A stretch of 64,000 nucleotides of DNA from a virus. Below, in pieces: positions 18,988 through 29,219 of the stretch. The DNA lies in IMG/VR virus record IMGVR_UViG_3300034198_017016, positions 7,595-71,594 of that record, one strand, 5' to 3'. Within the stretch, counting starts at the first letter, position 1; every line of letters starts with the position of its first letter. The notes beneath the pieces were generated by a model, which searched no databases, had not been told where the DNA came from, and saw nothing but the letters and a program-made list of their open reading frames with translations. A program made the translations under genes and the position numbers.

Positions 18988-19725
18988 ATGAAAATGAAAA
19001 AGAATATAGAAATTATTACATTAATTTATAAATCTGTAGATTATCTAAATTTAATGGTAAATCAGTTTAAAAGTGATTTAGTTAAATTAGATGGGTGGGA
19101 TGTCGGTGTTAGAATTGTGGCAAATGATGCGACAAAAGAAGTAATAGAAAATTTGGAAAAATCTGTCATTGAATATACAATTTATAACAACCCAAATCCT
19201 AATGAATACTACGTAAATAGAATGTATAAGGCATATAATCATTCTGTAGAAACAAGTAAATATGATAATGTTTGTTTGATAAATTCAGATATGATTTTTA
19301 GTAAGGATTGGTTATTTAATTTATTAAAACACCATGATGGTATAAATATACCTACATCTAGATTAGTCGAAAGTGGTAAAATGATGAGTGGTACTCATGG
19401 AATTTCTTATAACTGTGGTAGATCACCAAAACAAATTGATTTTAGTCTTTGGGAAAAATTTTCAGATCATATGAAAATAAATGAAGTACACGAAAAAGGA
19501 TTATTTATGCCTTGTGTTTTTGAGAAGAGTAGATTTATAGAAAGTGGTATGTATCCTGAAGGTAATATCTATAAAGATGGTATTGGAACTTTACATTCTC
19601 ACGGAGTTATCCAAAGCGGAGATGATTGGTATTTTAGAAAATTAGAAAAAGAATATAATATGAAACATATAACTGTATTTGATTCATTAGTGTATCATGT
19701 ACAAGAAGGAGAAAAAGACGAATAA
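18988..19725 (+). CDS. putative GT-A glycosyltransferase
   Basis: LINSDMIF, RLVESG, GDD, VYH motifs; locus context. Confidence 0.7.
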   Translation: MKMKKNIEIITLIYKSVDYLNLMVNQFKSDLVKLDGWDVGVRIVANDATKEVIENLEKSVIEYTIYNNPNPNEYYVNRMYKAYNHSVETSKYDNVCLINSDMIFSKDWLFNLLKHHDGINIPTSRLVESGKMMSGTHGISYNCGRSPKQIDFSLWEKFSDHMKINEVHEKGLFMPCVFEKSRFIESGMYPEGNIYKDGIGTLHSHGVIQSGDDWYFRKLEKEYNMKHITVFDSLVYHVQEGEKDE

Positions 19726-19741
19726 ATTAAATTAGGTTTTT

Positions 19742-20266
19742 ATGGAGATAGGAAATGATGTAGTTTTAGATTCTGACATAGTAATAAAATTAAAAAGTAA
19801 TTGTGTAATTGGTGATCATGTTGCGATAGATAAAGGATTTTATTGTACTACACATTTATCTATTGGGAATTATGTTCATGTTAGTCCTTATGTGACAATA
19901 ATAGGTGGTAAAAATGCTAGTTTTATATCTAAAGGTTTTAATAATATAATGGCAGGGGCTAGAATTATATGTGGATCTGATAGATTTGATGATAGTGGTT
20001 TATTTGGGTCAATGATCCCCCAAGAACTAAAAGGTAAACAAATTATTGAGCCTGTAATTATGGAAGAATTTTCAAATATAGGTACTAATTCTATAGTACT
20101 ACCAGGGTCTATATTAAGGAAAGGTGTACTATTAACTGCTGGTAGTTTGTTAATGGGTGATACTGAAGAATGGGGTGTTTATAAAGGAAATCCTGCAGTG
20201 TTAGTTAAAAAAATAGACCCCACTAAAATAATAAAAAATGCGAAAAACTTAGGTTATAACAAATAA
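19742..20266 (+). CDS. hexapeptide-repeat (LbetaH) acyltransferase
   Basis: IGNDVVL, IGDHVAI, IGNYVHV, IGTNSIVLPG, YKGNPA. Confidence 0.85.
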   Translation: MEIGNDVVLDSDIVIKLKSNCVIGDHVAIDKGFYCTTHLSIGNYVHVSPYVTIIGGKNASFISKGFNNIMAGARIICGSDRFDDSGLFGSMIPQELKGKQIIEPVIMEEFSNIGTNSIVLPGSILRKGVLLTAGSLLMGDTEEWGVYKGNPAVLVKKIDPTKIIKNAKNLGYNK

Positions 20267-20277
20267 ATAATAAATTT

Positions 20278-20892
20278 ATGAAACAAATTGACTTTACCAC
20301 TGTAACAGAATTTGAAAATGCCATAGCAAAATTTTATGGCGCCCCGTATGCAATTGCAGTAGATAGTTGTACACATGGTATTGAACTATGCCTGAGGTTT
20401 ATGGGTGAGAAAAAAATAAATGTTCCTAAAAGAACTTATTTATCCGTACCTTTTCTATCTGAAAAATTAGGTATAGAGAGGGAGTGGAGAGATGAAGAAT
20501 GGGAAGATTATTACACATTAAATTATGGAGATAAAAGAATAATTGACGCAGCCGTATTGTGGAGAAAAGATAGTTATATTGCAAATACCTTTATGTGTAT
20601 TAGTTTTCAATATCAAAAACATTTATCACTCGGTAGAGGGGGTGTTATATTAACAGATGACAAAGACGCGGCATTTAAATTAAAAAAAATGAGTTATGAT
20701 GGTAGATTACCTAATATATCATGGAGAGACCAAAATATAGATACAATTGGATATCATTATTATATGACACCTGAAACTGCTAAATTAGGTTTAAGTAAAT
20801 TAGATGATGCAATTAACACAACTCCTAAAAAATGGGTTTTTACCGATTGGCCTGATTTAACTCAAATGGACATTTTTAAAAATACGTTATGA
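20278..20892 (+). CDS. short DegT/DnrJ/EryC1/StrS-family sugar aminotransferase
   Basis: FE..IA..Y, AVDSCT, DAA, SFQYQKHL (PLP Lys), GRGG, GYHYYM; only 204 aa. Confidence 0.8.
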   Translation: MKQIDFTTVTEFENAIAKFYGAPYAIAVDSCTHGIELCLRFMGEKKINVPKRTYLSVPFLSEKLGIEREWRDEEWEDYYTLNYGDKRIIDAAVLWRKDSYIANTFMCISFQYQKHLSLGRGGVILTDDKDAAFKLKKMSYDGRLPNISWRDQNIDTIGYHYYMTPETAKLGLSKLDDAINTTPKKWVFTDWPDLTQMDIFKNTL

Positions 20893-21827
20893 AAAAAATT
20901 TTAATTTTTGGTGGTTTTGGATTTATGGGTAAAAATTTAAATAAAGTTTTTACTAACTCCGACTATGAAATTTACAATGAAAGTAGGTCAACAGGGTGTG
21001 ATATGATTGATTTAGAATCAGTCATATTAACTATTAAAAAAGTTAATCCTGATATTATCATTAACGCCGCGGCCCATGTAGGTAGTATTGACTATGTGAC
21101 AAAATATGCGGCAAATGTTGTCAGAGACAATTCTTTAATGTATTTAAACTTATATGAGGCAGTAAAACATGTTAATCCTAAAATAACAATCATTAACCCA
21201 ATCTCTAATTGTTCATATCCAGGGATTGTTGATATTCAAAATGAAATAGATTGGTGGAATGGTTCGATTCATACATCGGTTGAATCTTATGGCACACCTA
21301 AAAAATTAGGATTCATTGTTTCCGAATGCTATAAAAAACAGTTTGGAATTAAAACGGTTAATTTAATTATACCTAATTCCTACGGACCCGGAGATTATAC
21401 AGATCCAAACAAAACACATGCCATGAATGGTATTATTATAAGAATGTTAACGGCAAAAAATAATAATGATTCAGTATTCACCGTATGGGGGACAGGAACA
21501 CCTATACGAGAATGGATTTATATGGAGGATGTTGTCAATATTATTAAATTAATGATTGATAATGAAATGTATTCCACACTACCAAATCCCATTAATTTGG
21601 GACAAGAAGAAGGTATATCAATTATGAATACAGTTTTAATGGTACAAAAAATTTTAGATTATAAAATAGAGATAGTTTGTGACACTACAAAACAAGATGG
21701 TGCACCTATAAAAATTTTAGGAAAAAAATTATTTCAAAAATATTTCCCTAATTTTAAATTTACTTCATATGAAGAAGGTATTAAGAATACCATTGAGTAT
21801 TATACAAATATAATACCCTATTATTAA
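20889..21827 (+). CDS. GDP-L-fucose synthase-like epimerase/reductase
   Basis: GGFGFMG, AAHVGSI, CSYP, YGTPK, YGPGD, VWGTGTPIREWIY, DGAP. Confidence 0.85.
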   Translation: MKKILIFGGFGFMGKNLNKVFTNSDYEIYNESRSTGCDMIDLESVILTIKKVNPDIIINAAAHVGSIDYVTKYAANVVRDNSLMYLNLYEAVKHVNPKITIINPISNCSYPGIVDIQNEIDWWNGSIHTSVESYGTPKKLGFIVSECYKKQFGIKTVNLIIPNSYGPGDYTDPNKTHAMNGIIIRMLTAKNNNDSVFTVWGTGTPIREWIYMEDVVNIIKLMIDNEMYSTLPNPINLGQEEGISIMNTVLMVQKILDYKIEIVCDTTKQDGAPIKILGKKLFQKYFPNFKFTSYEEGIKNTIEYYTNIIPYY

Positions 21828-21852
21828 TAGTATAAATTATAAAATATATATT

Positions 21853-22797
21853 ATGAAAAAAATTTTTATTACGGGTGGTGCGGGTTATATAGGAACTACG
21901 TTAATTCCTATGTTATTAAATGAAGGTTATCAGATTACCGTATACGATTCGTTAATGTTTAATAATGGTGATAAATTATTACCATATATTAGTAACCCTA
22001 ATTTTACTTTTATAGAAGGAGATATACGAGATAGTATTTTACTATCTAATAAAATTAAAAATCATGATATTGTTATACATTTGGCTGCATTAGTCGGATT
22101 CCCTATTTGTAGAGAAAAGGGAGAAGTCGAATCTTACAATGTTAATGTGTTAGGTACTAATAATGTAGTCAATTCATTAACAAATGAACAATATTTATTG
22201 TTTGGATCAACTGGGTCAAATTACGGAGAAATTTTTGGCATATGTACTGAAGAAACAACTTTAAATCCCCTGTCAATTTACGGTAAAACAAAAACGGAGG
22301 CAGAAAAAATTGTATTGTCAAGAGATAATAGCATCGCATTTAGATTTGCGACCGCATTTGGGGTATCTCCTAGATTAAGGTTAGATTTATTAGTGAATGA
22401 TTTAACTTTTAAATCAATTAAAGAAGGATATGCGGTTATATATGAGTCACATTTTATGAGAACTTTTATTCACGTAAAAGATATCGCAAGAGTATTTTTA
22501 TTTGCGATAAAAAATATTGACATAATGAAAAATAATGTGTATAATGTAGGTTCAGACACAATGAATTATTCTAAAAGAGATATATGTGAAATCATTAAAT
22601 CTAAGATCCATAACACATATTTTAATTATGCCGATGTGGGAACAGATGCAGATAAAAGAAACTATATTGTTAGTTATGAAAAAATAAATAAATTAGGGTT
22701 TAATACGACTATTAGTTTAGAAGATGGCATAGATGAGTTAATTAAGGCAGTATCACTAATTAAAATTAATAATCCATATTATAACATTTTAAAGTAA
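21853..22797 (+). CDS. NAD-dependent sugar epimerase/dehydratase (SDR)
   Basis: TGGAGYIG, HLAALVG, YGKTK, RLRLDLLVN. Confidence 0.9.
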   Translation: MKKIFITGGAGYIGTTLIPMLLNEGYQITVYDSLMFNNGDKLLPYISNPNFTFIEGDIRDSILLSNKIKNHDIVIHLAALVGFPICREKGEVESYNVNVLGTNNVVNSLTNEQYLLFGSTGSNYGEIFGICTEETTLNPLSIYGKTKTEAEKIVLSRDNSIAFRFATAFGVSPRLRLDLLVNDLTFKSIKEGYAVIYESHFMRTFIHVKDIARVFLFAIKNIDIMKNNVYNVGSDTMNYSKRDICEIIKSKIHNTYFNYADVGTDADKRNYIVSYEKINKLGFNTTISLEDGIDELIKAVSLIKINNPYYNILK

Positions 22798-22807
22798 ATT
22801 ATATTAT

Positions 22808-23731
22808 ATGAAAAATAAAACAGGTTGGTTAGTTAATGATAGATTAACCGCAATACCAAACACAAGAACATTTTGGCACGATTTATTAGATTGGTTTCCT
22901 AATCTACAAGATAAGTGCGACGGATATACAGATTATTCTATATTACCAAATAAAATTGAATCTATTAAAGAACGACCTGATTATATAATCAGAAATGGTA
23001 GTTATTTTCGTAAACTTAATATTGACGTTCCAACATTTTGTTTAATTCAAGATACAATGAATAATCCAATGCAAACTGAAGTTATAAATTCATGCACGTG
23101 TGTTGTATTTGCTTCTAAACAAACTTATCATCTTTATAAAGATAGAATTAACCCCAAAAATGTGAGAGTAATTGAACAATCATCAGATTTTAATTTTTTT
23201 AAACCTATTAATGAAAGACATCCTGATGTTTTACCTAATTCAATTATTTTTATTGGTGATTCTTCTCATGAAAAAAAAGGTTTTCATAGAGTACAACATC
23301 TAATTGAAACGATGACTGACTTTAATTTTTGTTTAGTTATGAAAGATAATACTACTATTGATTCCATTCCATCTCACAATAGAAACCGAGTGCGTATATT
23401 TAATAGAGTTGATACGAATACCGTTAGACTTTTAATTAACTCATCAGTATGTGCCATTTGTACTTCGGGGAATGAAGAAGGACATTTTGCGGGGATAGAA
23501 ATAGGTGCCTGTGATATACCTATGGTGGCTAGACCTATGGGGTGTTATTTAGATAGGAAGGATGATAAAACTTGGGGATTAATTGCCAATGACGAAGATT
23601 TTCCTGAGACAATAAGATATGTCACTAATAATCGACATTTATTTAGTCCACGTAATTATTATTCAAAAGAATATACACTAGAAAGGTGTCGCGAAAAATG
23701 GACTAATTTAATAAATGAATTTGTTAATTAA
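22808..23731 (+). CDS. GT-B glycosyltransferase
   Basis: IFIGD...KKG, TS..E.......E.GACDIP (ExE-like GT4 motif). Confidence 0.7.
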   Translation: MKNKTGWLVNDRLTAIPNTRTFWHDLLDWFPNLQDKCDGYTDYSILPNKIESIKERPDYIIRNGSYFRKLNIDVPTFCLIQDTMNNPMQTEVINSCTCVVFASKQTYHLYKDRINPKNVRVIEQSSDFNFFKPINERHPDVLPNSIIFIGDSSHEKKGFHRVQHLIETMTDFNFCLVMKDNTTIDSIPSHNRNRVRIFNRVDTNTVRLLINSSVCAICTSGNEEGHFAGIEIGACDIPMVARPMGCYLDRKDDKTWGLIANDEDFPETIRYVTNNRHLFSPRNYYSKEYTLERCREKWTNLINEFVN

Positions 23732-23761
23732 ATTAAAACTAAAATAAAAATTTTTATTTAT

Positions 23762-24601
23762 ATGAAATTTACTGTAGAAATATTAACAGGATTATGTAAT
23801 GTTTTAAAATCATTTGTAACGGCATTAAGTATAGGTGATGCTAATGTCCTGCCTAGATTTGATGTTCATTTTGATGCTGATTATAATGAAATTTTGGATG
23901 ATAGTTTGATTTGCCACGGCCGTGAAGAATTTGGTACTTCATTTGTCACTGCAAGATTTTTAATTTTAAAATCAGAAGAATCAGAACAACCTGATTTAGT
24001 TAATGATACTAAAGCATGGGGAGACCACCCCAACATTAGAGAAAAAAGTATCGCTCACATGTTTTCAACGCACACAATTGATTGGTTTTTTGATAGAAAT
24101 CTTATATCAGATGTGGTCTATAATAGAATTCAAAGTGGAATTAAAAAAATTAAATGGAAAAATGAAGTGTTGTCCGAGGTAGAAAGAATTTCAAGAGAGT
24201 TTGAATATCCACTACTTTCGATACAGATAAGAACTTGGGCTCATAAATTTGATCCACCTAATTGTATAAATATTAGAGACGGAGTTCCAAGAGGATACAA
24301 CTTTGGGACGTATATGGAAGCAATTGAAAAATTCATACAAAGTGATACACCACCAAAAACCATTTTTCTTAGTGCCGATATTGATTCTGTTTTACCCGAA
24401 TATTTAGATTATTTAAAAAAATATAACATTAAAGTAGTTACATATACTCAACCAGAACACGTAACGCAAATGCAATATTCTGCGGCAAGTATGTTAATTG
24501 CTTCAAAATGTGATATGTTAGTTTGTAATCGTATCAGCACATTTGCAGAATGTATTTGGTGGTTTGGTGGGTGTAAAGCCACCACAATACCTCTTTTTTA
24601 A
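23762..24601 (+). CDS. putative fucosyltransferase-like (NodZ/O-FucT-fold) glycosyltransferase
   Basis: GLCNVL, SIQIRTW, IFLSAD, SKCD...STF...WWFGG. Confidence 0.6.
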   Translation: MKFTVEILTGLCNVLKSFVTALSIGDANVLPRFDVHFDADYNEILDDSLICHGREEFGTSFVTARFLILKSEESEQPDLVNDTKAWGDHPNIREKSIAHMFSTHTIDWFFDRNLISDVVYNRIQSGIKKIKWKNEVLSEVERISREFEYPLLSIQIRTWAHKFDPPNCINIRDGVPRGYNFGTYMEAIEKFIQSDTPPKTIFLSADIDSVLPEYLDYLKKYNIKVVTYTQPEHVTQMQYSAASMLIASKCDMLVCNRISTFAECIWWFGGCKATTIPLF

Positions 24602-24636
24602 AAAAAGTACAATAAATTAAATTAAAAAAAAATATT

Positions 24637-25164
24637 ATGAAAAAATTAGGTTATGCAGGTTCTAAATATAATCATTCAGATTTGATAACTGAATTGGTTA
24701 AACAACTTGATTGTAGTTCTTATCTAGAATTAGGGGTTTACGATGGGGTTACACTCTCTAAGGTTAAAAATTATGTAGACAGGTTAATATCAGTAGATAT
24801 TAAGGATATAAGAAAAGAAAAAATTGGGGAATTTTATTTAGACACTACTGACAATTTTTTTAAAAATTTTAACGATCAAGTAGATTTTATTTTTATTGAT
24901 GCAGATCATAGTTTTGAATCGGTTAAACGAGATTTTGAAAACTCTATAAAATTATTATCTCCGTTTGGTATGATTGTTTTACATGATACCGACCCAATTA
25001 CAAAAGAATATCTAGCACCTAATTATTGTAATGATTCGTATAAGATGGATGAATGGATTAGAAAAAATTATCATGATTTAGATATTATGACTTTACCTTT
25101 AACCGAGGCAGGATTATCGTTAATAAAAAGAAAAAATGATAACAGAGTAAATAAATTTATTTAA
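24637..25164 (+). CDS. class I SAM-dependent methyltransferase (Methyltransf_24-like)
   Basis: YLELGV, SVD, FIFIDADH, GMIVLHD. Confidence 0.85.
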   Translation: MKKLGYAGSKYNHSDLITELVKQLDCSSYLELGVYDGVTLSKVKNYVDRLISVDIKDIRKEKIGEFYLDTTDNFFKNFNDQVDFIFIDADHSFESVKRDFENSIKLLSPFGMIVLHDTDPITKEYLAPNYCNDSYKMDEWIRKNYHDLDIMTLPLTEAGLSLIKRKNDNRVNKFI

Positions 25165-25165
25165 A

Positions 25166-26125
25166 ATGAAAAAAAAAGTATTAGTAGTCGGTGGTGCAGG
25201 ATACATAGGTGGATTAACTTGTGATGTTTTATTATCAAAAGGATTTGAAGTTACGGTATATGACAATTTATTGTATGAGGATAGATTTTTAAAAAAAATA
25301 CCATTTATTTATGGTGATATTAGAGATACTGAGACACTATATGAAGTAACGAGAAATTTTGATGTAATTGTTTTATTAGCGGCATTAGTTGGTGACCCTG
25401 CATGTAGTGTAGATTATAGACTTACAGAAGAAATAAATTACACTGCAATTAAAAATTTGTGTGACGTTATTGGTTTAAATAAACATATAGTATTTATGTC
25501 CACATGTTCAGTTTATGGCGCACAAGATGGTATTTTAAACGAAGAAAGTAAAACTTCACCTTTATCTTCATACGCATCCACTAAATTAAAGGCAGAACAA
25601 CATATATTAGATTTGGGTGGTACAGTCTTTAGATTAGGGACAGTATTTGGTTTAGGTGATACATATTCAAGATTAAGAATGGATTTGGTTGTAAACGTTT
25701 TAACTATGAGGGCAATAAAAGAAGGTGAGATAACAATCAATGGCGGCAATCAATGGAGACCAATTATTTCAGTAAAAGATATCGCCGAATATATTACAGA
25801 AGCATGTGAAAAACAATATTCAGGAATTTTTATTTTATCTAAAGAAAATGTAATAATTAAAGAGTTAGGAGAAAAAATTGTTAGTTTAATACCTGGCACA
25901 AAAATTAAATATAACGAAATTGCATTTCAAGATGCTAGAAATTATAGAGTAGATAATAAAAAATCTTTAGAAACTTTTAGATATAAACCAGAAATAAGTG
26001 TAGAAGAAGAAGTACTTAAAATGGTTAAAATTTTTAAAGAAAAACGAGTTATTAATCCTGAAGATAAAATTTATCATAATGGAGCTTTTTTAAAAAATAA
26101 AAAAGAAAAAAATGAATTAGTATGA
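25166..26125 (+). CDS. NAD-dependent sugar epimerase/dehydratase (SDR), paralog of 21853..22797
   Basis: GGAGYIG, LAALVGDP, STCSVYG, YASTK, RLRMDLVVN, DARNY. Confidence 0.9.
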   Translation: MKKKVLVVGGAGYIGGLTCDVLLSKGFEVTVYDNLLYEDRFLKKIPFIYGDIRDTETLYEVTRNFDVIVLLAALVGDPACSVDYRLTEEINYTAIKNLCDVIGLNKHIVFMSTCSVYGAQDGILNEESKTSPLSSYASTKLKAEQHILDLGGTVFRLGTVFGLGDTYSRLRMDLVVNVLTMRAIKEGEITINGGNQWRPIISVKDIAEYITEACEKQYSGIFILSKENVIIKELGEKIVSLIPGTKIKYNEIAFQDARNYRVDNKKSLETFRYKPEISVEEEVLKMVKIFKEKRVINPEDKIYHNGAFLKNKKEKNELV

Positions 26126-26541
26126 TGGAAACAAAAATATTAAATGGTGGAATATCAATAGACGATAGAGGTTCAGTTAGATTTGTTAACGATTTTAATT
26201 TTGATGGGGTTAAAAGATTTTATCAAGTAGAAAATCATAGATGTGGATTTATTAGAGCATGGCATGGACATAAAAAAGAAGGTAAATATGTATATGTTTC
26301 TAGTGGTTCCGCGTTAATAGGTACTGTTAATATGGAAACAGAAGAAATTAAAAAATTTGTTTTGAGTGATAAATTACCTAAAATTTTATGGATACCTCCA
26401 GGATATTATAATGGATTTAAATCATTGGAGCAAAATACTAAAATATTGTTTTTTTCAACTTCAACAATAGAAGAAAGTATTGGAGATGATATTAGACAAG
26501 AATATAATAAATGGAATATTTGGGAAGAAGATTATAGATAA
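26122..26541 (+). CDS. RmlC-like cupin sugar epimerase
   Basis: DDRG, IRAWHGH, LWIPPG..NGF. Confidence 0.85.
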   Translation: MMETKILNGGISIDDRGSVRFVNDFNFDGVKRFYQVENHRCGFIRAWHGHKKEGKYVYVSSGSALIGTVNMETEEIKKFVLSDKLPKILWIPPGYYNGFKSLEQNTKILFFSTSTIEESIGDDIRQEYNKWNIWEEDYR

Positions 26542-26557
26542 AAAAAATAAAAAAATT

Positions 26558-27388
26558 ATGAAAATATATGTTTTAGGTTCTAACGGAATGTTAGGTAAAT
26601 ATGTAAGTACATTTCTTGTTGATTACTATAACGTAATTAAAATTACGAGGAATGAAATAGATGCATCAAACATTGATGAAGAAAATTTAAAAAACAAATT
26701 AATAAGATTAGGTTTAAAAGAAGGTGATGTGGTTATTAATTGTATCGGGACTATTAAACCTATGGTCGATATAATCGGTGATTTAAATACAATAAAAGTA
26801 AATTCTGTTTTCCCTAGAATTTTAGCCAATGTTTGTGAAAATTTAAGTGTTAAAATGATTCACCCAACAACCGATTGCGTATTTACGGGGATTAAAGGTT
26901 CTTACAATGAAAATGACGTGCACGACATTAGTGATGTGTATGGTAGAAGTAAATCATTAGGTGAACCGAACAACTGTACAGTTATTAGAACATCAATAAT
27001 AGGTGAAGAAGTTGGTCAGGGTAGATCTTTAGTTGAATGGGTAAAATCAAATAAAGGTAACAATATTTTTGGTTTTACTAATCACATATGGAACGGTGTA
27101 ACTTGTTTGCAATTTGGTAAAATATGTAAAAAAATAATTGATGAGAATCTTTTTTGGTACGGTATTAAACATCTACACTCAAACAATTTAAATAAAAATG
27201 AATTAGTGGGGACTATTAGTGATGTTTATGGTTTAAATATCACAATTACACCAAAAGAAACCCCAATAAAATGTGATAGAAGTTTATCGACAATATTCAT
27301 TGAAAATTTAGAAAAAATGGAGATTCCCGATTTAAAGACTCAAATAATTGAAATGAAAGAATTTTCAAAAAAATTATATAGCAATTAA
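26558..27388 (+). CDS. RmlD-like 4-keto-6-deoxysugar reductase
   Basis: GSNGMLG, INCIG, TDCVF.G, YGRSK..GE, IRTS. Confidence 0.88.
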   Translation: MKIYVLGSNGMLGKYVSTFLVDYYNVIKITRNEIDASNIDEENLKNKLIRLGLKEGDVVINCIGTIKPMVDIIGDLNTIKVNSVFPRILANVCENLSVKMIHPTTDCVFTGIKGSYNENDVHDISDVYGRSKSLGEPNNCTVIRTSIIGEEVGQGRSLVEWVKSNKGNNIFGFTNHIWNGVTCLQFGKICKKIIDENLFWYGIKHLHSNNLNKNELVGTISDVYGLNITITPKETPIKCDRSLSTIFIENLEKMEIPDLKTQIIEMKEFSKKLYSN

Positions 27389-27456
27389 AATCATTGAAAA
27401 TCAAATATAAAACTTTATAATTTAAATTTTTATCATATATAATATATTTATAATAT

Positions 27457-28263
27457 ATGAGTAAGAATAGACGCACCAAAAAGTTGTCTAAGGAGGAGCA
27501 GTTAGAAGTCGAAAAATTGATGGATAAACAGCTCACCGAGTATACGAATTCTTTAGAAAGTAATTCAATCCACAATCTACTAAAACAGATACATATTGAA
27601 ATTAAATGTAAATCTGAAAATCAAAAAAAACTTATCAATTCTATTAAAGAAAAAGAAGTCACTATTTGTGATGGTCTTGCCGGATGTGGTAAAACATTTT
27701 TAAGTTGTGCCGAAGCACTTAAACTACTTAAAAATCATTACCCTATTTACAAAAAAATTGTTATAGTTAAATCTGTGACCACTTTAAAAGATGAAGAATT
27801 AGGATACCTAAAAGGAGATTTATCAAGTAAGTTAGAACCTGTTATGTATTCTTTTACGGGTAACTTCAAAAAGTTAATTGGTACGGATTTATATGAAAAG
27901 TTGTCCGCCCAACACTTAATTGAAGAAATGCCAATTGCTTATTTAAGAGGTGTTACTTTATCTGATTGTATTGTGATCATTGATGAGACACAAAATATAT
28001 CAGTAGAAAATATGAGAACCATAATGACTCGTATTGGTGAAAACACTAAATACATTATATTGGGAGATATAAAACAAATTGACCTTAAAAACAAAAAGAA
28101 TAGTTCGTTAGAACGTATAATGACTAAGTTTGAAGAATATCCCGATTTTGGTATTGTAAGGTTAGGAAAAGAAGATATTGTTCGTCATAGATTAATTGCC
28201 ATGATTGATGAAGTATTTGATAGTATAGAAAAAGAAAATTTAGAAAACCAACCAAAAAAATAA
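27457..28263 (+). CDS. phoH: PhoH family ATPase
   Basis: GLAGCGKT, LGYLKG, AYLRG, IDETQN, TRIG, GD..QID, DIVRH. Confidence 0.93.
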   Translation: MSKNRRTKKLSKEEQLEVEKLMDKQLTEYTNSLESNSIHNLLKQIHIEIKCKSENQKKLINSIKEKEVTICDGLAGCGKTFLSCAEALKLLKNHYPIYKKIVIVKSVTTLKDEELGYLKGDLSSKLEPVMYSFTGNFKKLIGTDLYEKLSAQHLIEEMPIAYLRGVTLSDCIVIIDETQNISVENMRTIMTRIGENTKYIILGDIKQIDLKNKKNSSLERIMTKFEEYPDFGIVRLGKEDIVRHRLIAMIDEVFDSIEKENLENQPKK

Positions 28264-28305
28264 ATTTTTACTTTACTAATCTTATTTTTTTAATAGTTTT
28301 AATGT

Positions 28306-28899
28306 ATGATCATAGGAATATCTTTAGATGACGTACTTAGAGATTTTTTAGGTAAATTCAAATCCGTTTACAAAAAAGAATTTGATAAAGACCCAATTGA
28401 GCCAATCAATAGTTTAGATCTTTTAACTCATTTTCCGTTTGATACTGAATCTGAGTTGTATACTTTTTTATATGAAGATTTTAGTTTAGAATTATTTGGT
28501 CACGCAAATGAAAAATATAAAAATGCGGTAATTGACTTAAATAATTTGTATCTACAACATAAAGATAATCACGAATTTATTATAATATCAAAAGAAGTAG
28601 GAAACTCAATACCCGCAACTTTATTCTTTTTAAGTAAAACATCTTGTAAATTAAGAAACTATAGATTTGTTTCTAATAATGATTATGTTTGGGAATATTG
28701 TGACATAATGATTAGTGCAAACCCAAACATATTGATCAATAAACCTGAAAATAAAATTTCAATAAAAGTTAAATCTGAATATAATACTGACATAAAATCA
28801 GATTATGAAGTTGAAAAATTAAAAGATATATTAGAAAATAATATTCTTTCAAATGTATCAAATACTAAAATAATATCATTTACAAAAATAGACGAATGA
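28306..28899 (+). CDS. HAD-superfamily 5'(3')-deoxyribonucleotidase-like protein
   Basis: IGISLDDVLRDF start and YN near the C-terminus; first catalytic Asp replaced by Ser. Confidence 0.55.
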   Translation: MIIGISLDDVLRDFLGKFKSVYKKEFDKDPIEPINSLDLLTHFPFDTESELYTFLYEDFSLELFGHANEKYKNAVIDLNNLYLQHKDNHEFIIISKEVGNSIPATLFFLSKTSCKLRNYRFVSNNDYVWEYCDIMISANPNILINKPENKISIKVKSEYNTDIKSDYEVEKLKDILENNILSNVSNTKIISFTKIDE

Positions 28900-29219
28900 G
28901 AAATTACGAATATGATAAAACTTACTTAGAATTTGGTGGTGATTATTTATACATTGATTTTGATGAAGTAATTAACACAGTTAAATTAGAAGGCGTACCT
29001 CAAAAAGATGATGAAGGAAATGATTTACCTGCGGGGGTACTAACTATAGACGTTACTAAATGGGAATTAATTAATAAGATGATTGATACTATCTTGGATG
29101 AGGTAGGTGAAGAAGACCCAACTTTAGGTAAAAAAAATCTTGACAAATTATCAGTAAGTTTTAAACTTGCATATAATACACTATTAAATTATAATATCAT
29201 TAAAATTGTAGAAGAATGA
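28896..29219 (+). CDS. hypothetical protein
   Basis: 107 aa, ATGA-coupled to both neighbours. Confidence 0.75.
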   Translation: MRNYEYDKTYLEFGGDYLYIDFDEVINTVKLEGVPQKDDEGNDLPAGVLTIDVTKWELINKMIDTILDEVGEEDPTLGKKNLDKLSVSFKLAYNTLLNYNIIKIVEE

